A DNA stretch of 64,000 bases from Pseudomonadota bacterium (GCA_043821645.1 JBDRCO010000001.1:1-64000); one strand, 5' to 3'; positions 19,018 to 29,900 are shown, counted from the stretch's first letter. Numbers and translations are program-made. The notes: generated by a model not told the origin, from the sequence alone.

Positions 19018-20556
19018 ATGACACGTCTGGTCGCGACCGCGCTGCTGTGCGGATGGAGCCTCGGCTGCCCGAACCGCGGCAGCGTCATCGACGCGGCACA
19101 GCTCGACGCTGGATCCCATGATGCGTCCACCGCCGGCGACGGTGCAACGGCAGATGTGGGCGCCAGGGACGCGGATGTCGCGCGAGACTCGGCGGCCCTT
19201 GGGGACGCCCCCACCGGGACCGATGCCGCCAGCACCCGGGACGCCGGCGCGTGGGATTCCAGCCGGCGCACGGACGGGACCGTGGCTCCAGCCTGCATTG
19301 CCCTGACCACCAGCACGGCGAGCGGTGCCAGTGCCCTGCCCATGCCCGGGGGCAGCGAGCCAGGGGCCGGTACTCCCTTCACCATCGCGACCAGCGGCGT
19401 GGTCGTGCAGCGCCTGACCGACGGCGCCGACGCCAGCCAGTTCTCGTCGGCCTACACCAACGGCTACAGCCGCTGGAGCCCGTCGAGCTTGGGCGGCGAG
19501 TACGTGACCGCCTTCGCGGGCAACGGTGGCGCCGCCGTGTATCGCCTCAGCGATCGCAGCGTGATGCGCACCCTCAGCATCGGCGAGCCCAACGAGCTGC
19601 ACTGGGATTCCAGCGGCGCGCACGGCACCGCCACGACGATCTACTACCGGACCGGGGCCGAGCTGCGGAGGATGGATGTACTCACAGGAAGTGACGCCCT
19701 GGTCCACGACTTCGGCGTCGAGTTCCCGGGAGCCGGTGCGGCCATCAATGGCGTCGAGGGTGCCCCGTCGCGAGACATGCGCACCTGGGCCTTTCAGATC
19801 TGCGACAGCATGAGCGGTGGTGGCCAGTGCCAGGGTCTGCGCGACGTCGTCGTGTACGACCTGCCCTCGGATCAGATCACGGCGCGCCTGGGCGACGTGC
19901 ACCCGGGCTTCCCCACGCCCAACTTCGTGGATGTCTCGCCTTCTGGCTCGCGCATCGTGGTCGGCTCCTGTGCCGGCAACCCCGAGCCCTTCAACGGGAT
20001 GTACGCCTGGAGCCCCGACTTCAGCCAGCGTGTGCGCCTGAGCACCGGTTGCACGCACTCGGGCTGGGCCTGGGGCCTGAACGGCGAGGAGATCTTCGTC
20101 TCGCAGGACCCCTGTGGCGCGAACAACGACGAGATCACCTTCACCTGCGATCACTTTGCTGCCGTCGACGTCAACGATGCCCAGGGCTGGGAGCATCGCA
20201 TCGCCGCCCTGGCCTTTGATGACTTGGGCTGGGGCAACGGCATCCACATCGGCCGCATCGACGACAGCCGCGTGCGCGGCTGGTTCTTCGTCTCGACCTA
20301 CAGCACTGGCACCAGCAACTGGGGCACAGACCAGCTGTTCTTCGTCGAGCTGGTGGCCTCGAGCGCCAACCCGCGCATCTGGCAGGTGACGCCCACCCTC
20401 AACGACTACCAGGACTACTGGAGCGAGGCCTTTGCCTCCCTTGATTTTCAGGCACAGCACATCTACTGGGGCGCCAACTGGGGAGGCACCGCCGAGCTGC
20501 AGCTGTACCAGGCGCAGCTGTGCGCGGGCTGGTGGGATGTGCTCAACGAGAACTGA
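19018..20556 (+). CDS. Lipoprotein, probable beta-propeller domain
   Basis: SLGC lipobox, Asp-rich linker, Trp-rich beta repeats (RWSP, LHWD, VSPSGSRI, WSPDF, EAFASLDFQAQHIYWGANW). Confidence 0.75.
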   Translation: MTRLVATALLCGWSLGCPNRGSVIDAAQLDAGSHDASTAGDGATADVGARDADVARDSAALGDAPTGTDAASTRDAGAWDSSRRTDGTVAPACIALTTSTASGASALPMPGGSEPGAGTPFTIATSGVVVQRLTDGADASQFSSAYTNGYSRWSPSSLGGEYVTAFAGNGGAAVYRLSDRSVMRTLSIGEPNELHWDSSGAHGTATTIYYRTGAELRRMDVLTGSDALVHDFGVEFPGAGAAINGVEGAPSRDMRTWAFQICDSMSGGGQCQGLRDVVVYDLPSDQITARLGDVHPGFPTPNFVDVSPSGSRIVVGSCAGNPEPFNGMYAWSPDFSQRVRLSTGCTHSGWAWGLNGEEIFVSQDPCGANNDEITFTCDHFAAVDVNDAQGWEHRIAALAFDDLGWGNGIHIGRIDDSRVRGWFFVSTYSTGTSNWGTDQLFFVELVASSANPRIWQVTPTLNDYQDYWSEAFASLDFQAQHIYWGANWGGTAELQLYQAQLCAGWWDVLNEN

Positions 20557-20630
20557 TGGCGACCGGGAACGTGGCCTGTTTCCTCGGCGACAGGGTCACC
20601 GGACCCCGAGCGATTCTCCGACGCTGAGGC

Positions 20631-21011
20631 TCAGCCCTGCGCGCCCTCGAGCGTGCGTTGAAAAACCTCGCGCACGCCCGCAGTGATGCGCCGGATCGCC
20701 ATCGTGTCGTAGCGCTCCGAGGTGGTGACCACCTTGTCTCCCGCGTAGCTCTCGGGCCAGCTCTGCAAGATCTCCAGCGCCCGCCGGTACAGACGCGCGC
20801 TCTCCACCGGGCCAAGCAACTCGAACAGCTGCACGACCAGGGCCTGAACACGCGCCTCCTCGTCTCCCGTGAGCGAGAGCGTGGTGTCGGCCCCGGCCTT
20901 CTGCTCCTTGACCGAGTTGGTGAACAGGACATGAACATACTCGCGAAGCACGATGGCTGCGTCGTCGGCCGTGTGCACGCCGTCGAGCTTGAAGCGATGG
21001 GATGCTGTCAT
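20631..21011 (-). CDS. Hypothetical protein (126 aa)
   Basis: AGGAGG RBS, GC3-rich codon usage, no recognised motif. Confidence 0.7.
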   Translation of the reverse strand: MTASHRFKLDGVHTADDAAIVLREYVHVLFTNSVKEQKAGADTTLSLTGDEEARVQALVVQLFELLGPVESARLYRRALEILQSWPESYAGDKVVTTSERYDTMAIRRITAGVREVFQRTLEGAQG

Positions 21012-21144
21012 GGGGGCCCTCCTGGGAACGCACGTGCCCTGGTGACGAGGAGCGTTGGGCTCCGGGCATCATGACAGGTCCGGGCCAGCCCGGTCCATCG
21101 CGCCGGGATCGCGCTGGGGCCGCGACACCAGGATCCAGGTTTCT

Positions 21145-21915
21145 TCAGCCTGCGAAAGGAAAGCGATCGGTCCCCGCGAGCCAGTCCGTGTAGCAGGAGC
21201 ACATCTCGGCCTGGTCGCGCTGCGTCGAGGTGGCGCGCTCGAGGTGGAGCACGCCATCACGTCGTCGCAGCAGGTAGCCCGAGTCCCACGGTGCCCCTGC
21301 GTCGTCGCGCGCCGTGAAGTAGATACCCAGGTCGAGGTCGTCCTGCGTCCCTAGGTCGCGCCCGATGAAGAGCGGCTGCTGCAGGCCATCGTGAGTGAGC
21401 ACCAGGGAGGTCACATCATAACGCTCGGCCCGTCCCTGCTCGCTGCGCAGCTCCAGTGTGCCGCGTTGCCCCAGGCGGTTGTGACGCGACAGCACCAGGA
21501 AGCCAAGCTCGGGGGCTCCGGCGAGGTCCCAGATGCGCACGCCGTGCACCTGGGGAAAGGTCCGATCATCCATGGGCAGGGACCGCTCGTAGTGGCCGTC
21601 CTCGAACAGCAGCAGGGCACCCACGTGATCGCCGGTGAATGCGTGCACGCCGCGGCCGGGCTCCGCCAGCGACCCGGGCCCTCGCTCGATGTAGGAGTGC
21701 AGCGGATTGGTGAGGTGGCTGACGCCGCAGGCGCGAAGCAGACCGTGCACCTCGCGCAGGCCCATGCCTGGCCGCAGGTGCTGCAGCGCAGCGTCGTGCA
21801 GCGGGGTGGCACGTTGCACCGGACCAGGGTCTGGAAGGGCCGCCAGGGGCGCGCAGCCGAGGCCCGGACTCCCCAGCGCGAACAGGCCCATCATGAGCGT
21901 GATGTGGCGCATCAA
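21145..21915 (-). CDS. Hypothetical lipoprotein
   Basis: Hydrophobic N-terminus ending GLGC; LRPGMGLREVHGLL resembles the start of SmpA/BamE-like domains; C-terminal CSC. Confidence 0.6.
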   Translation of the reverse strand: MMRHITLMMGLFALGSPGLGCAPLAALPDPGPVQRATPLHDAALQHLRPGMGLREVHGLLRACGVSHLTNPLHSYIERGPGSLAEPGRGVHAFTGDHVGALLLFEDGHYERSLPMDDRTFPQVHGVRIWDLAGAPELGFLVLSRHNRLGQRGTLELRSEQGRAERYDVTSLVLTHDGLQQPLFIGRDLGTQDDLDLGIYFTARDDAGAPWDSGYLLRRRDGVLHLERATSTQRDQAEMCSCYTDWLAGTDRFPFAG

Positions 21916-22017
21916 GGAGTGAGTGTCGCGAACGTCCCCGGGCGTTCATGCGGCGACGCTGCGTTCGATCCGAGGCGCGGCGGGTGTACCCCGGCGGCGA
22001 CAGACACGCCGTGCCGT

Positions 22018-22554
22018 TCAGTTCTGGACGGCCATGCGCAGGGTGACCAGGCCCCAGGTGACGCCAATGCCCGGGGTGACGCCGCCGAGCCAGATGGTGA
22101 CGTCGGCCTCGTTGCTGAAGAAGTACACAGCGCCGCCGAGCATGGCGTGCATGCCAAAACCGGCGCCCGAGTAGCTCTCGAAAAGGTCGCGGATGCGGAT
22201 CGGCCCCCCAACGCCGCCGTCCTCGTTGACCGGCCGACCATCGGCGGGTAGGTCCAGACCGATGCCGAGCAGGTCGGAGTCGTCGCTGGCGTTGAGCTCG
22301 CTGGACCAGAAGCCTGTGCCACCGAGGTTCAGGCCCGACAGCTCGACAGCAAACGCGTGCGATCCTTCAAAGCTGTCGCGCACGCTGAGGTCCGCCGTGA
22401 TGCGCATGCCCCCCATGGCCACACCGCCCCCGGACACCTCGGGGTTGGACAGGCTGGCCTCCACCACCTCGAGGTCGAGCACATCGGTCGGGGGATCGTG
22501 GCCGCAGGAGGCCCCCAGCGTGACGAGAGCAGCAACGAGGAGTCGGCTGTGCAT
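22018..22554 (-). CDS. Lipoprotein, EipA/DUF1134-like
   Basis: AGGAG RBS before ATG 22554; GASC lipobox; DLFESYSGAGFGMHAMLGG...SNEADVTIWLGG...GIGVTWG resembles the DUF1134 beta-spiral. Confidence 0.6.
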   Translation of the reverse strand: MHSRLLVAALVTLGASCGHDPPTDVLDLEVVEASLSNPEVSGGGVAMGGMRITADLSVRDSFEGSHAFAVELSGLNLGGTGFWSSELNASDDSDLLGIGLDLPADGRPVNEDGGVGGPIRIRDLFESYSGAGFGMHAMLGGAVYFFSNEADVTIWLGGVTPGIGVTWGLVTLRMAVQN

Positions 22555-22641
22555 GGTGCACTCCTGCCAGAGCTCGCGCGGGTTCGGGGAGCCGCAAGGG
22601 CCAGTGTAGCGCACTCTCGCGTCCCGGGTGCGCGCGGACGG

Positions 22642-24105
22642 TTACGCTGCGTCAGGCTCCGCTGCCGGGGTGGGGACCGGCGCCTGCACACGCGGGACCT
22701 CGCCCTCGTCGACGTGGACCAGGGCGTTGGCGTAGTAGCGCAGGATGGGCTCGGCACCGGCGCCGAGCCGCAGGTCCCCGGTGGACTCGTCGACGAGGCC
22801 GCGCAGACCAAAGCGCAGCATCGCCCCCTCGACCATCCACCCGGCTCCGCGATCCGCGCTGATGACCTCGACACCGCGGGCTTGCAGGGCGGTCACGTGC
22901 TGGGCCACGGCCTGCTCCAGGGCGACGCGGTGCGCTGGTCTGTCCTCGAGCAAGGCCCGCGCCACCACGCACAGCGGGGTGGCCGGTAGCAGGGCGCCCA
23001 TGCGCTGCATGAGCGTGTTGCAGAAGTCCGCGATGTGGGCCCGGCGCTGCTCCTTGCTCAGGTTGAACAGATCGAGACCCAGCGAGCTGTGCCACGCGTC
23101 GAAGGACAGGGGCTCGCCAAAACGCACCGCGGCGATGCCGTTCTTGTGCAGCTGGCGCGCCCTGAACTTGGCGGCGTTGGCGAACAGCATGCGCAGCACG
23201 TGCCAGGCCATGGTGAGCTTGCTGCGGCGAGGGCGCGTGGCGTCGAGCTCGGCGACCAGGGCCCTGTCCTCGAGTACGCGGTCGTAGCTGATCGCCACCG
23301 GCACGAACAGCAGCTCGCGGGTGAAGCTGCGATCGGCCTTGGCGCAGATGATGGCGTCGATGAGGCCGAGCTTGGGGGGGCGAAAGCGACCATCCCGGCT
23401 GAGTCCGCCCTCGGGGAACAGGGCCTGGGTCACCCCGTTCTTGGTGATGAGCTGCACGTAGCGCGCGAGCACAGTGTGGTACAGCGGGTCGCGGTAGCCG
23501 CGGCGCAGGAAGAACGAGCCGAAGCTCTTGAACAGGTACTCCAGGGGCCACACCCGCGCCCACTCCCCGACGGCGAAGCTCAGGGCCAGCTTCTCGGCCA
23601 GGGCGTAGGCGGCCAGCACGTAGTCGACGTTGGAGCGATGATTGGCGACGTAGACCAGGGCCCGGGGGCGCTCGCGGCCTAGCTGGCGCAGGCGCTCGAC
23701 CTGGGCCGGGTCGACGTCGACGCGGTACAGCGCGTTGAGCAGCCAGCGCGCCAGGCGCAGGCCCACGCCGTAGTAGTTCAGGGGCTTGAAGGCCGGGATG
23801 ATCTCGTCGACGAAGCGGTGCGCGCGCAGGCGCAGCTCCTCGCGGGCGGCCGGGTCATTGCCCGCGGCCTCCTCGACGGCGGTGAGGACGACGTGGTCGT
23901 TGTTGAGCAGCGTGCGCACCGCGGATTGCCGCGCAAACTTGAAGTGGTCTATCTCGACGTGAAAGCGCGCCAGGGTGCGCTCGAAGCGCCGCTCCACCTC
24001 GGTGACGCGGCCCGCCAGCACGCGCTGCCGCACGCGCAGGTAGGCCAGCCACAGCACAAGTGGTGCGATGAGGATGCCGGCAAGCACCAGGTAGAAGGTC
24101 TGCAC
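22642..24105 (-). CDS. Glycerol-3-phosphate/lysophospholipid acyltransferase, PlsB-like
   Basis: NHRSNVD (HX4D), FFLRRG, FPEGGLSRDG, PKLGL and FVPVAISYDRVLED blocks; start at GTG 24105. Confidence 0.88.
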   Translation of the reverse strand: MQTFYLVLAGILIAPLVLWLAYLRVRQRVLAGRVTEVERRFERTLARFHVEIDHFKFARQSAVRTLLNNDHVVLTAVEEAAGNDPAAREELRLRAHRFVDEIIPAFKPLNYYGVGLRLARWLLNALYRVDVDPAQVERLRQLGRERPRALVYVANHRSNVDYVLAAYALAEKLALSFAVGEWARVWPLEYLFKSFGSFFLRRGYRDPLYHTVLARYVQLITKNGVTQALFPEGGLSRDGRFRPPKLGLIDAIICAKADRSFTRELLFVPVAISYDRVLEDRALVAELDATRPRRSKLTMAWHVLRMLFANAAKFRARQLHKNGIAAVRFGEPLSFDAWHSSLGLDLFNLSKEQRRAHIADFCNTLMQRMGALLPATPLCVVARALLEDRPAHRVALEQAVAQHVTALQARGVEVISADRGAGWMVEGAMLRFGLRGLVDESTGDLRLGAGAEPILRYYANALVHVDEGEVPRVQAPVPTPAAEPDAA

Positions 24106-24246
24106 GCCCCGGGATCCCCCTTCTCTTCGCACGGTCAGGAACAGGGACCAGATAGCGAGCACGGCCCGTGGTCACCAGTTCGTCGGTCGCTGACGCCGGT
24201 GACCTGGCATGTAGTCCACGTTCTCACCCAGCCGGTCTCGACCCGT

Positions 24247-25020
24247 TCATGGACGTCGCCCCCACAGCAGGATGCGCTTGAAGGCGTAGAAGTACGGTCC
24301 GCCGGTCCCGATCTCGTCGAGCAGCCTGTCGCGGTAGCGCGCCACGAAGGGCTCATGCAGGGCCCCGGGCAGACGGCCCAGGTAGTCGAGTAGCAGGGTC
24401 CCGCGCACCCACTCGACCACCTCAGCGGCGCAGTCGAGCAGGTGACCGTACACGCGCAGCTCGGCGCGCTGGTCCACAAAGCCCAGCGCATGCAGGAGCT
24501 CGGCATAGCGCTCGACCGGCAGCACGCTCGCGTCCCGACGATAGCCACGCAGCGCGTCGACAAAGGGGGACTCCGCCGCGACCTCGCGCGCGACCGTGTG
24601 TGACACGTGATCGTGGTTGGCTGGCATCTGGATGGCGAGCTGGCCACCTGCCTCGAGCACACTGCTCAGCTCTCCGAGCAAGGTCGGATGATCCGGGAGC
24701 CACTGCAGGGCGGCATTGGAGAACACGAGATTAAAGCCACCCAGCTGGACAACGTCGCGCAGGTCCCGCTGCATGAACTCCAGGCCTGTAGCCTCGAGGG
24801 ATTGGCTCCGGGCTAGCATCTCGGCACTCGTGTCCAGACCCAGGGTCTCGCGTGCCTGCAGGGACCTGTGCAGGTGCTGGCTCAGTTCGCCTGTACCACA
24901 GCCGAGATCCGCCACGCGCATCGCGGGTTTCGGTCGGACCAGGGCCAGCAGGTCGTGAAAGGGCTGCGCGCGCTGGGCCCTGAAGCGGTGGTACTGGTCC
25001 GGATCCCAGGTTCCCTGCAT
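24247..25020 (-). CDS. tam: Trans-aconitate 2-methyltransferase
   Basis: WDPDQY..F..QRAQPFHDLL, DLGCGTG, FSNAALQWLPDH, GGQLAIQMPAN, VEWVRGT; start ATG 25020. Confidence 0.88.
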   Translation of the reverse strand: MQGTWDPDQYHRFRAQRAQPFHDLLALVRPKPAMRVADLGCGTGELSQHLHRSLQARETLGLDTSAEMLARSQSLEATGLEFMQRDLRDVVQLGGFNLVFSNAALQWLPDHPTLLGELSSVLEAGGQLAIQMPANHDHVSHTVAREVAAESPFVDALRGYRRDASVLPVERYAELLHALGFVDQRAELRVYGHLLDCAAEVVEWVRGTLLLDYLGRLPGALHEPFVARYRDRLLDEIGTGGPYFYAFKRILLWGRRP

Positions 25021-25126
25021 GACGGAACTGTAGCAGGGGGGCGGTGGCCATCCCAGGCGCCGCCCTCTATGTTGCTCGGACCAGGCCTGGTGGCCGCGGC
25101 ACGTCATGCGGTCGCAGGGGAGTTCC

Positions 25127-25561
25127 ATGGACGCCCGATCCCGAACCGTGACGAACTCGACGCCGCGCACGCTGCGCTGGATGTGGTTCGTCGTGGGCTG
25201 GGTCTGCTTTTCTCTGGGTGCCGTGGGTGTGGTCCTGCCCGTACTCCCCACCACCCCCTTCATGATCCTGGCCCTCGGTGCCTTCGCGCGCAGCTCGCCG
25301 CGCTTCCGGCAGTGGCTCTACCAGCACCGCCTGTTCGGTCCTTCTTTGCGGCGCTGGGCCGAACACCGCATCATCCCACTTCGCGTGAAGCTCATCGCGC
25401 TCGCCGCCATGGCCCTGAGCCTGATCTACGTCGGTCTCATCGTCAGACCACCGTGGTACGCCTTCACCGGCATGGTCGTGGTCATGGCCTACGGTGCCTG
25501 GTTCATCAGCACCAAGCCGCATCGCCAGGATCCGGACGCTGTGCCCCGCGCCGAGGATTGA
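25127..25561 (+). CDS. ybaN: YbaN/DUF454 inner membrane protein
   Basis: LGAVGVVLPVLPTTPFMILA..FARSSPRF..WL..H.LFGP signature. Confidence 0.88.
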   Translation: MDARSRTVTNSTPRTLRWMWFVVGWVCFSLGAVGVVLPVLPTTPFMILALGAFARSSPRFRQWLYQHRLFGPSLRRWAEHRIIPLRVKLIALAAMALSLIYVGLIVRPPWYAFTGMVVVMAYGAWFISTKPHRQDPDAVPRAED

Positions 25562-25625
25562 TCCCGACGCGCTGTCCGCCGCGGACCCACGCCACCGTCG
25601 CCCGACCTCAGAATGGGATGCGAAC

Positions 25626-26873
25626 TCAGCGCACGCTGGACGCGCCATAAAACTCGACGGGGTCCTGGTTGCCGTCGACGAAGCTGACCAGCAAGGTGCC
25701 GGTGCCCGTGCCCGGGTTGATCAGGAGCACCTCGCCGTTGCCGGTGACCCCGAAAAGGTAGCCCCAGGCCGCGCTCAGACCCCACACGTCGGTGTAGCCC
25801 ATGGGGCCTATCTCGGTCACCACCCCCGTCGTGGGGTTGACCCGCACCAGCAGGTCCTCACCATTGATGGGGTCGCTGAGGTTGGGCGAGGTCATCAGCA
25901 GCGTGCCATCGTCGAGGAAAACGCAGTCTCCCGAGCTGGCGTATGGGCTCAAGGTGGCCAGGGTGGTCAGGCCTCCGGTCTGCCGATTCAGGCGCATCAT
26001 CTTCGAGTCCACACCGTCGCTGTTGCTGATGTGGATGGCCCCGGCACCGTCGATGGCCAGGCCATTGGGAAGAGGGGGCAAGGCGGGGTTGCTGATCTCG
26101 GTCAGGGTGCCGGAGCTCTCGAGGCGGTACACGCTCCAGGCGGTGACCGCGATCAGGTCACCATTGAGGTCCGTGTCGATATCGTACAGGGCCACGTCGA
26201 TCGAGATGCTCGGCAGTGTGACCTCGAGATACAGCGCGGTGCGCGCAAAGGGATCGATGCGATGGCGCTGGTTCGCGGTCACCGCATAGAACTCGCAGGT
26301 CAGGCCCTCGTTGTTGCCGCCGGCGCAGTTCTCGTCGGTGAAAGAGCAGATCTCGGTAGCGCCCGGGTGCACACTCGCGTTCTGATCGTTGCAGTCGTTG
26401 CCGCCGCAGCCGTTGCCCTCGTCGAGGTAGGTGTCTTGGTCCTGGTCGCACGGGTTGGCACCAGCATCCGCCTGGGCAGTGTCCGGCTGGGCCGCGTCGG
26501 GCTGACCCAGATCGGGCTGCGCTGTATCGGGCACGGCGGCGTCCGGTGTGGCAGTGTCCGTTGCAGCAGTGTCTGGCACGGCGGTGTCAGGCGACACTTG
26601 GTCCGGTTGCGTCGTATCTGGCCTGGCCGAGTCGGGCTGCGCGGCGTCGGGCTGGCGGGCGTCCGCCACCCGTGTATCGGCGACCTGGGCGTCCTGCAAC
26701 CACGTATCCGCCACGGCGGCATCCGCGGTCGCCGCGTCGTGTCCGGCGTCGGTGAACACCAGCTGTGCGTCGCCACGATCGCGCCCGGCATCGATGATGG
26801 GCTCGGCCTGCTGGGTCGTCACGAAGTCACAGGCCACCAGGAGCAGCATTCCAGTCCACAACATTGAGCGCAT
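25626..26873 (-). CDS. Lipoprotein with Asp pentapeptide stalk, MopE-related/putative metal-binding motif and C-terminal beta-propeller
   Basis: LVAC lipobox; DQDQDTY...DCNDQNASVHPGATEIC..DENC motif; propeller-like repeats (LVRVNPTTG, VLLINPGTG). Start uncertain among ATGs at 26897/26873/26849. Confidence 0.78.
   Translation of the reverse strand: MRSMLWTGMLLLVACDFVTTQQAEPIIDAGRDRGDAQLVFTDAGHDAATADAAVADTWLQDAQVADTRVADARQPDAAQPDSARPDTTQPDQVSPDTAVPDTAATDTATPDAAVPDTAQPDLGQPDAAQPDTAQADAGANPCDQDQDTYLDEGNGCGGNDCNDQNASVHPGATEICSFTDENCAGGNNEGLTCEFYAVTANQRHRIDPFARTALYLEVTLPSISIDVALYDIDTDLNGDLIAVTAWSVYRLESSGTLTEISNPALPPLPNGLAIDGAGAIHISNSDGVDSKMMRLNRQTGGLTTLATLSPYASSGDCVFLDDGTLLMTSPNLSDPINGEDLLVRVNPTTGVVTEIGPMGYTDVWGLSAAWGYLFGVTGNGEVLLINPGTGTGTLLVSFVDGNQDPVEFYGASSVR
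26466..26738 (-). repeat. 18 tandem Asp-initiated pentapeptides (15-bp period)
   Basis: DAATA DAAVA DTWLQ DAQVA DTRVA DARQP DAAQP DSARP DTTQP DQVSP DTAVP DTAAT DTATP DAAVP DTAQP DLGQP DAAQP DTAQA D. Confidence 0.85.
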
Positions 26874-26977
26874 GCAACAAACCCTCCGCATTCCCATATC
26901 GGGACGCCTACCAGCTTGGTTGGTCGCGGGAAAGCCCTGGATCACGTGACCTGGATCACGTTTTTTTCAAGGAATCC

Positions 26978-29900
26978 TCAGGACCGCGCGCGGCGGCGCC
27001 GCAGGACCAGAAGCACGAGCACGGCGCCGAATCCGGCACTGCCACGCACCGGGTGGCCAGTGCAGCCGCAGCCGTCGGCAGGCGGCTTGTCGACGGTGCT
27101 GGCATCCCGCCTGGCGCCGGCATCGGCCTGGACCTGGCCCCGGTCCACGGCGATGACGTCGACGATCTCGCGGTCGGTGCGCGCAGCATCGGCCACGGCA
27201 CCATCCCGCTGCCCCGCATCGGGCACGGCTGCATCCAGAGTTGCCGCGTCCATCCCGGCTGCGTCCACGGTCCCGGTGTCGGGCCCGGAGCCATCCGTGG
27301 TCCCCGCGTCAAGGCAGCTCGGCAGCGCGATGTGCTCGCAGCTCGAGCCCGTGGCCAGGCACAGATCCGCGGTGCAGGGATCGGAGTCATCGCAGTCGAC
27401 CGCGCTGCTGCCGCAGCAGCTCCCGGGATCGCAGGCGCTGCTGTTGCTGCACACCACGATGGCGCCCTGGCAGGTGGCCTGGTCGTCGCAGTGGTCCGGG
27501 CCGCTGCAGGGGTTGCCATCGTCGCAGTCGCTGCCACTGGCCAAGGCGGTGCCGACGCAAGTGCCCGCGGCGCAGGTGTCGTCCGCAGTGCAGGGATTGC
27601 CATCGTCACAGCTGCCCGCCGCAGGCACGTGGTCGCAGCCGGTGGCCGGCGCGCAGCTGTCGGTGGTGCAGACATTGCTGTCGTCGCAGCTCAGGGTCTG
27701 GCCCACGCAGGCGCCCGCACCGTCGCACTGATCGTTGTCGGTGCAGGCGTTGGCATCGTCGCAGCCCTGGCCTGCGCCGACCAGGGCGGCACCGACGCAG
27801 CTCCCGGCGGCGCACTGGTCGCCGCTGGTGCAGTCGTTGCCGTCGTCACAGCTGGCGGCGTTGGGAACATACTGGCAACCCTGGGCGGGATCGCAGCTGT
27901 CGTCGGTGCACAGGTTGCTGTCGTCGCAGGTCAGCGCCTGGCCCACGCAGGCGCCAGCGCCGTTGCATTGATCGTCGACCGTGCAGGCCGTGCCGTCGTC
28001 GCAGGGCAGGGTGTTGAAGCTGTGCTGGCAGCCCAGACCAGGATCGCAGCTGTCATTGGTGCAGACGTTGGCGTCGTCACAGGTGTTGGGGGCCCCGGCC
28101 ACGCAGACACCCGCCTGGCAGCTGTCGCCGGTCGTGCAGGGATTGCCGTCGTCGCAAGGCCCGTCCTCGGGCACGTTGACGCAGCCGCCCACCTCGCTCT
28201 GCACCAGGAAGGGCACACTGCGGGTGCTTCGATTGCCCAGCCAGTCCACGGCCTCGAGCTCGAGCACATAGGCGCCTAGCGCCCAGCTGCTCAGGTCCAG
28301 GGCCTGACCATTGCTGACCGGGATGGGTGTGCCCCCGCCAGCGGGAACGACGCGCGCGGTGACCTGGGGATCCCCGTCGAGATCCGAGGTGGTCCAGCCC
28401 ACCACGGGGCTCTCGGTGGTGAGGTAGCTGCGCCCCGCCTCGAGTCCGCTGACGCTGATCGCGGGCGCCGTGCCGTCGACCACCACGGTGACGCTCTGCA
28501 CGGTCTCGGTGTTTCCCTTGCGATCCACGCTGTAGAACTCGAGCAGGTGTGCACCCTCGACCTGGAAGTAGAAGGGGCCGTTGGGTAGCCAGTCCCCGCC
28601 GTCCTTGCGGTACTCGCTCGTGGCGACGCCGCTCAGATCGTCCGTCGCCACCAGGCGCAGGATGGTGGTGGGCGACACGTGCAGGGGGCTCCCCGAGACA
28701 TAGGGTCCCAGGAACTCGAGGCCCGTCTGCGGTGGCACCTGGTCGAACTCGCTCATGTCGTAGGTGACCAGCCAGCTTTCGCTGCGCGGACCCGCGGTGG
28801 CGTAATCGGCGATGGCGAGCAGCGGGTTCGGGACGCTGGCGTCGTCCTCGTCGAGCCAGCTGTTGCGCCAGTGCAGCACCTTGCCGTCGCTGAGGCGCAC
28901 CACGCGCAGGATGGGCAGGGCCCCCAGCGCCGGGTCCGCCGCGGTGACGTGGCTCCAGCCGTACTCCACCGTGGCCGTCACCAGAGCCGTGGGATCGTCG
29001 AGGTCCGGCGCGCCCGTCGAGGAGCCGGCCGCCGGCAGGGCATCGATCTCGCCACACTGGGACTCGAAGATGCGCAGGGTGTCGCCCACGTCGTCGCCGT
29101 CGGTGTCGACCAGTGCCAGCAGGTCGCTGATGCTGTCCTTGCCCGGCCTGTCGACTTGAATCTTGTGCACCAGCCAATGGCTGCGGGTGGCGCTGACCAG
29201 GCTGGTCTTGGCGCCACCCAGCTCCTCGCTGTGCTCGAAGCTGACGTCGAGCTCGACGAACTCGCCTTGCAGGCTGGTTGTCATGGCCCAGGAGCCCACA
29301 CCGCAGCTGGCGGGCGCCAGGGTGCCGAAGGGGATGGCCATGGTGCGGGCGATGCTGTCGTCGTTGCGGAAGGTGCCGATGATGGCAAAATCGATGAGCA
29401 GGCCCCAGCGGTTCTCGACGATGCGCGGCTGTCCCGACACGATGCGCAGGTTGCGGGCCTCGCCGTAGCCGATGTTGGCGACGCGCACCGCCAGGTCGAA
29501 GGGCACGCTGGGCTCGACCACGGTGTCGGTCCAGGGGTCGTCGCCCTTGACCTTGCGCGGCAAAAAGTAGTCCAGCACCAGCTCGGGCTGGGGCTTGACC
29601 GTGATGATCTCCTCGTAGGTCTCGATGTTGGCAGCGATGCCCTGCACGCTGTAGTCGATGACCGCCTTCACCTTGTACTGCTGGCCCGCGGGCGAGGCCC
29701 CACCGGCGCCCAGGGTCGGGATCACCAGCCAGTTGATCTGGCCCTTCTGCTCGGGGGCGATGACGCCGGCGCCGGCGAGGCCGCCGCTGACGTTGGACGT
29801 GCTCGCCGTGGTCAAGAAGAACAGGTCGTCGGCGCGGTTGCCGAGCATGTCGAAGAACTGCACCTCGACCGCCAGCTGTTCGAGGGGCGCGTCGAGCAGG

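Noticed and set aside
27330-28190. Regularly spaced DNA repeats that might be a CRISPR array
   Set aside because: The repeats are degenerate at third codon positions and encode Cys-rich protein repeats; there are no identical direct repeats with unique spacers and no cas genes.
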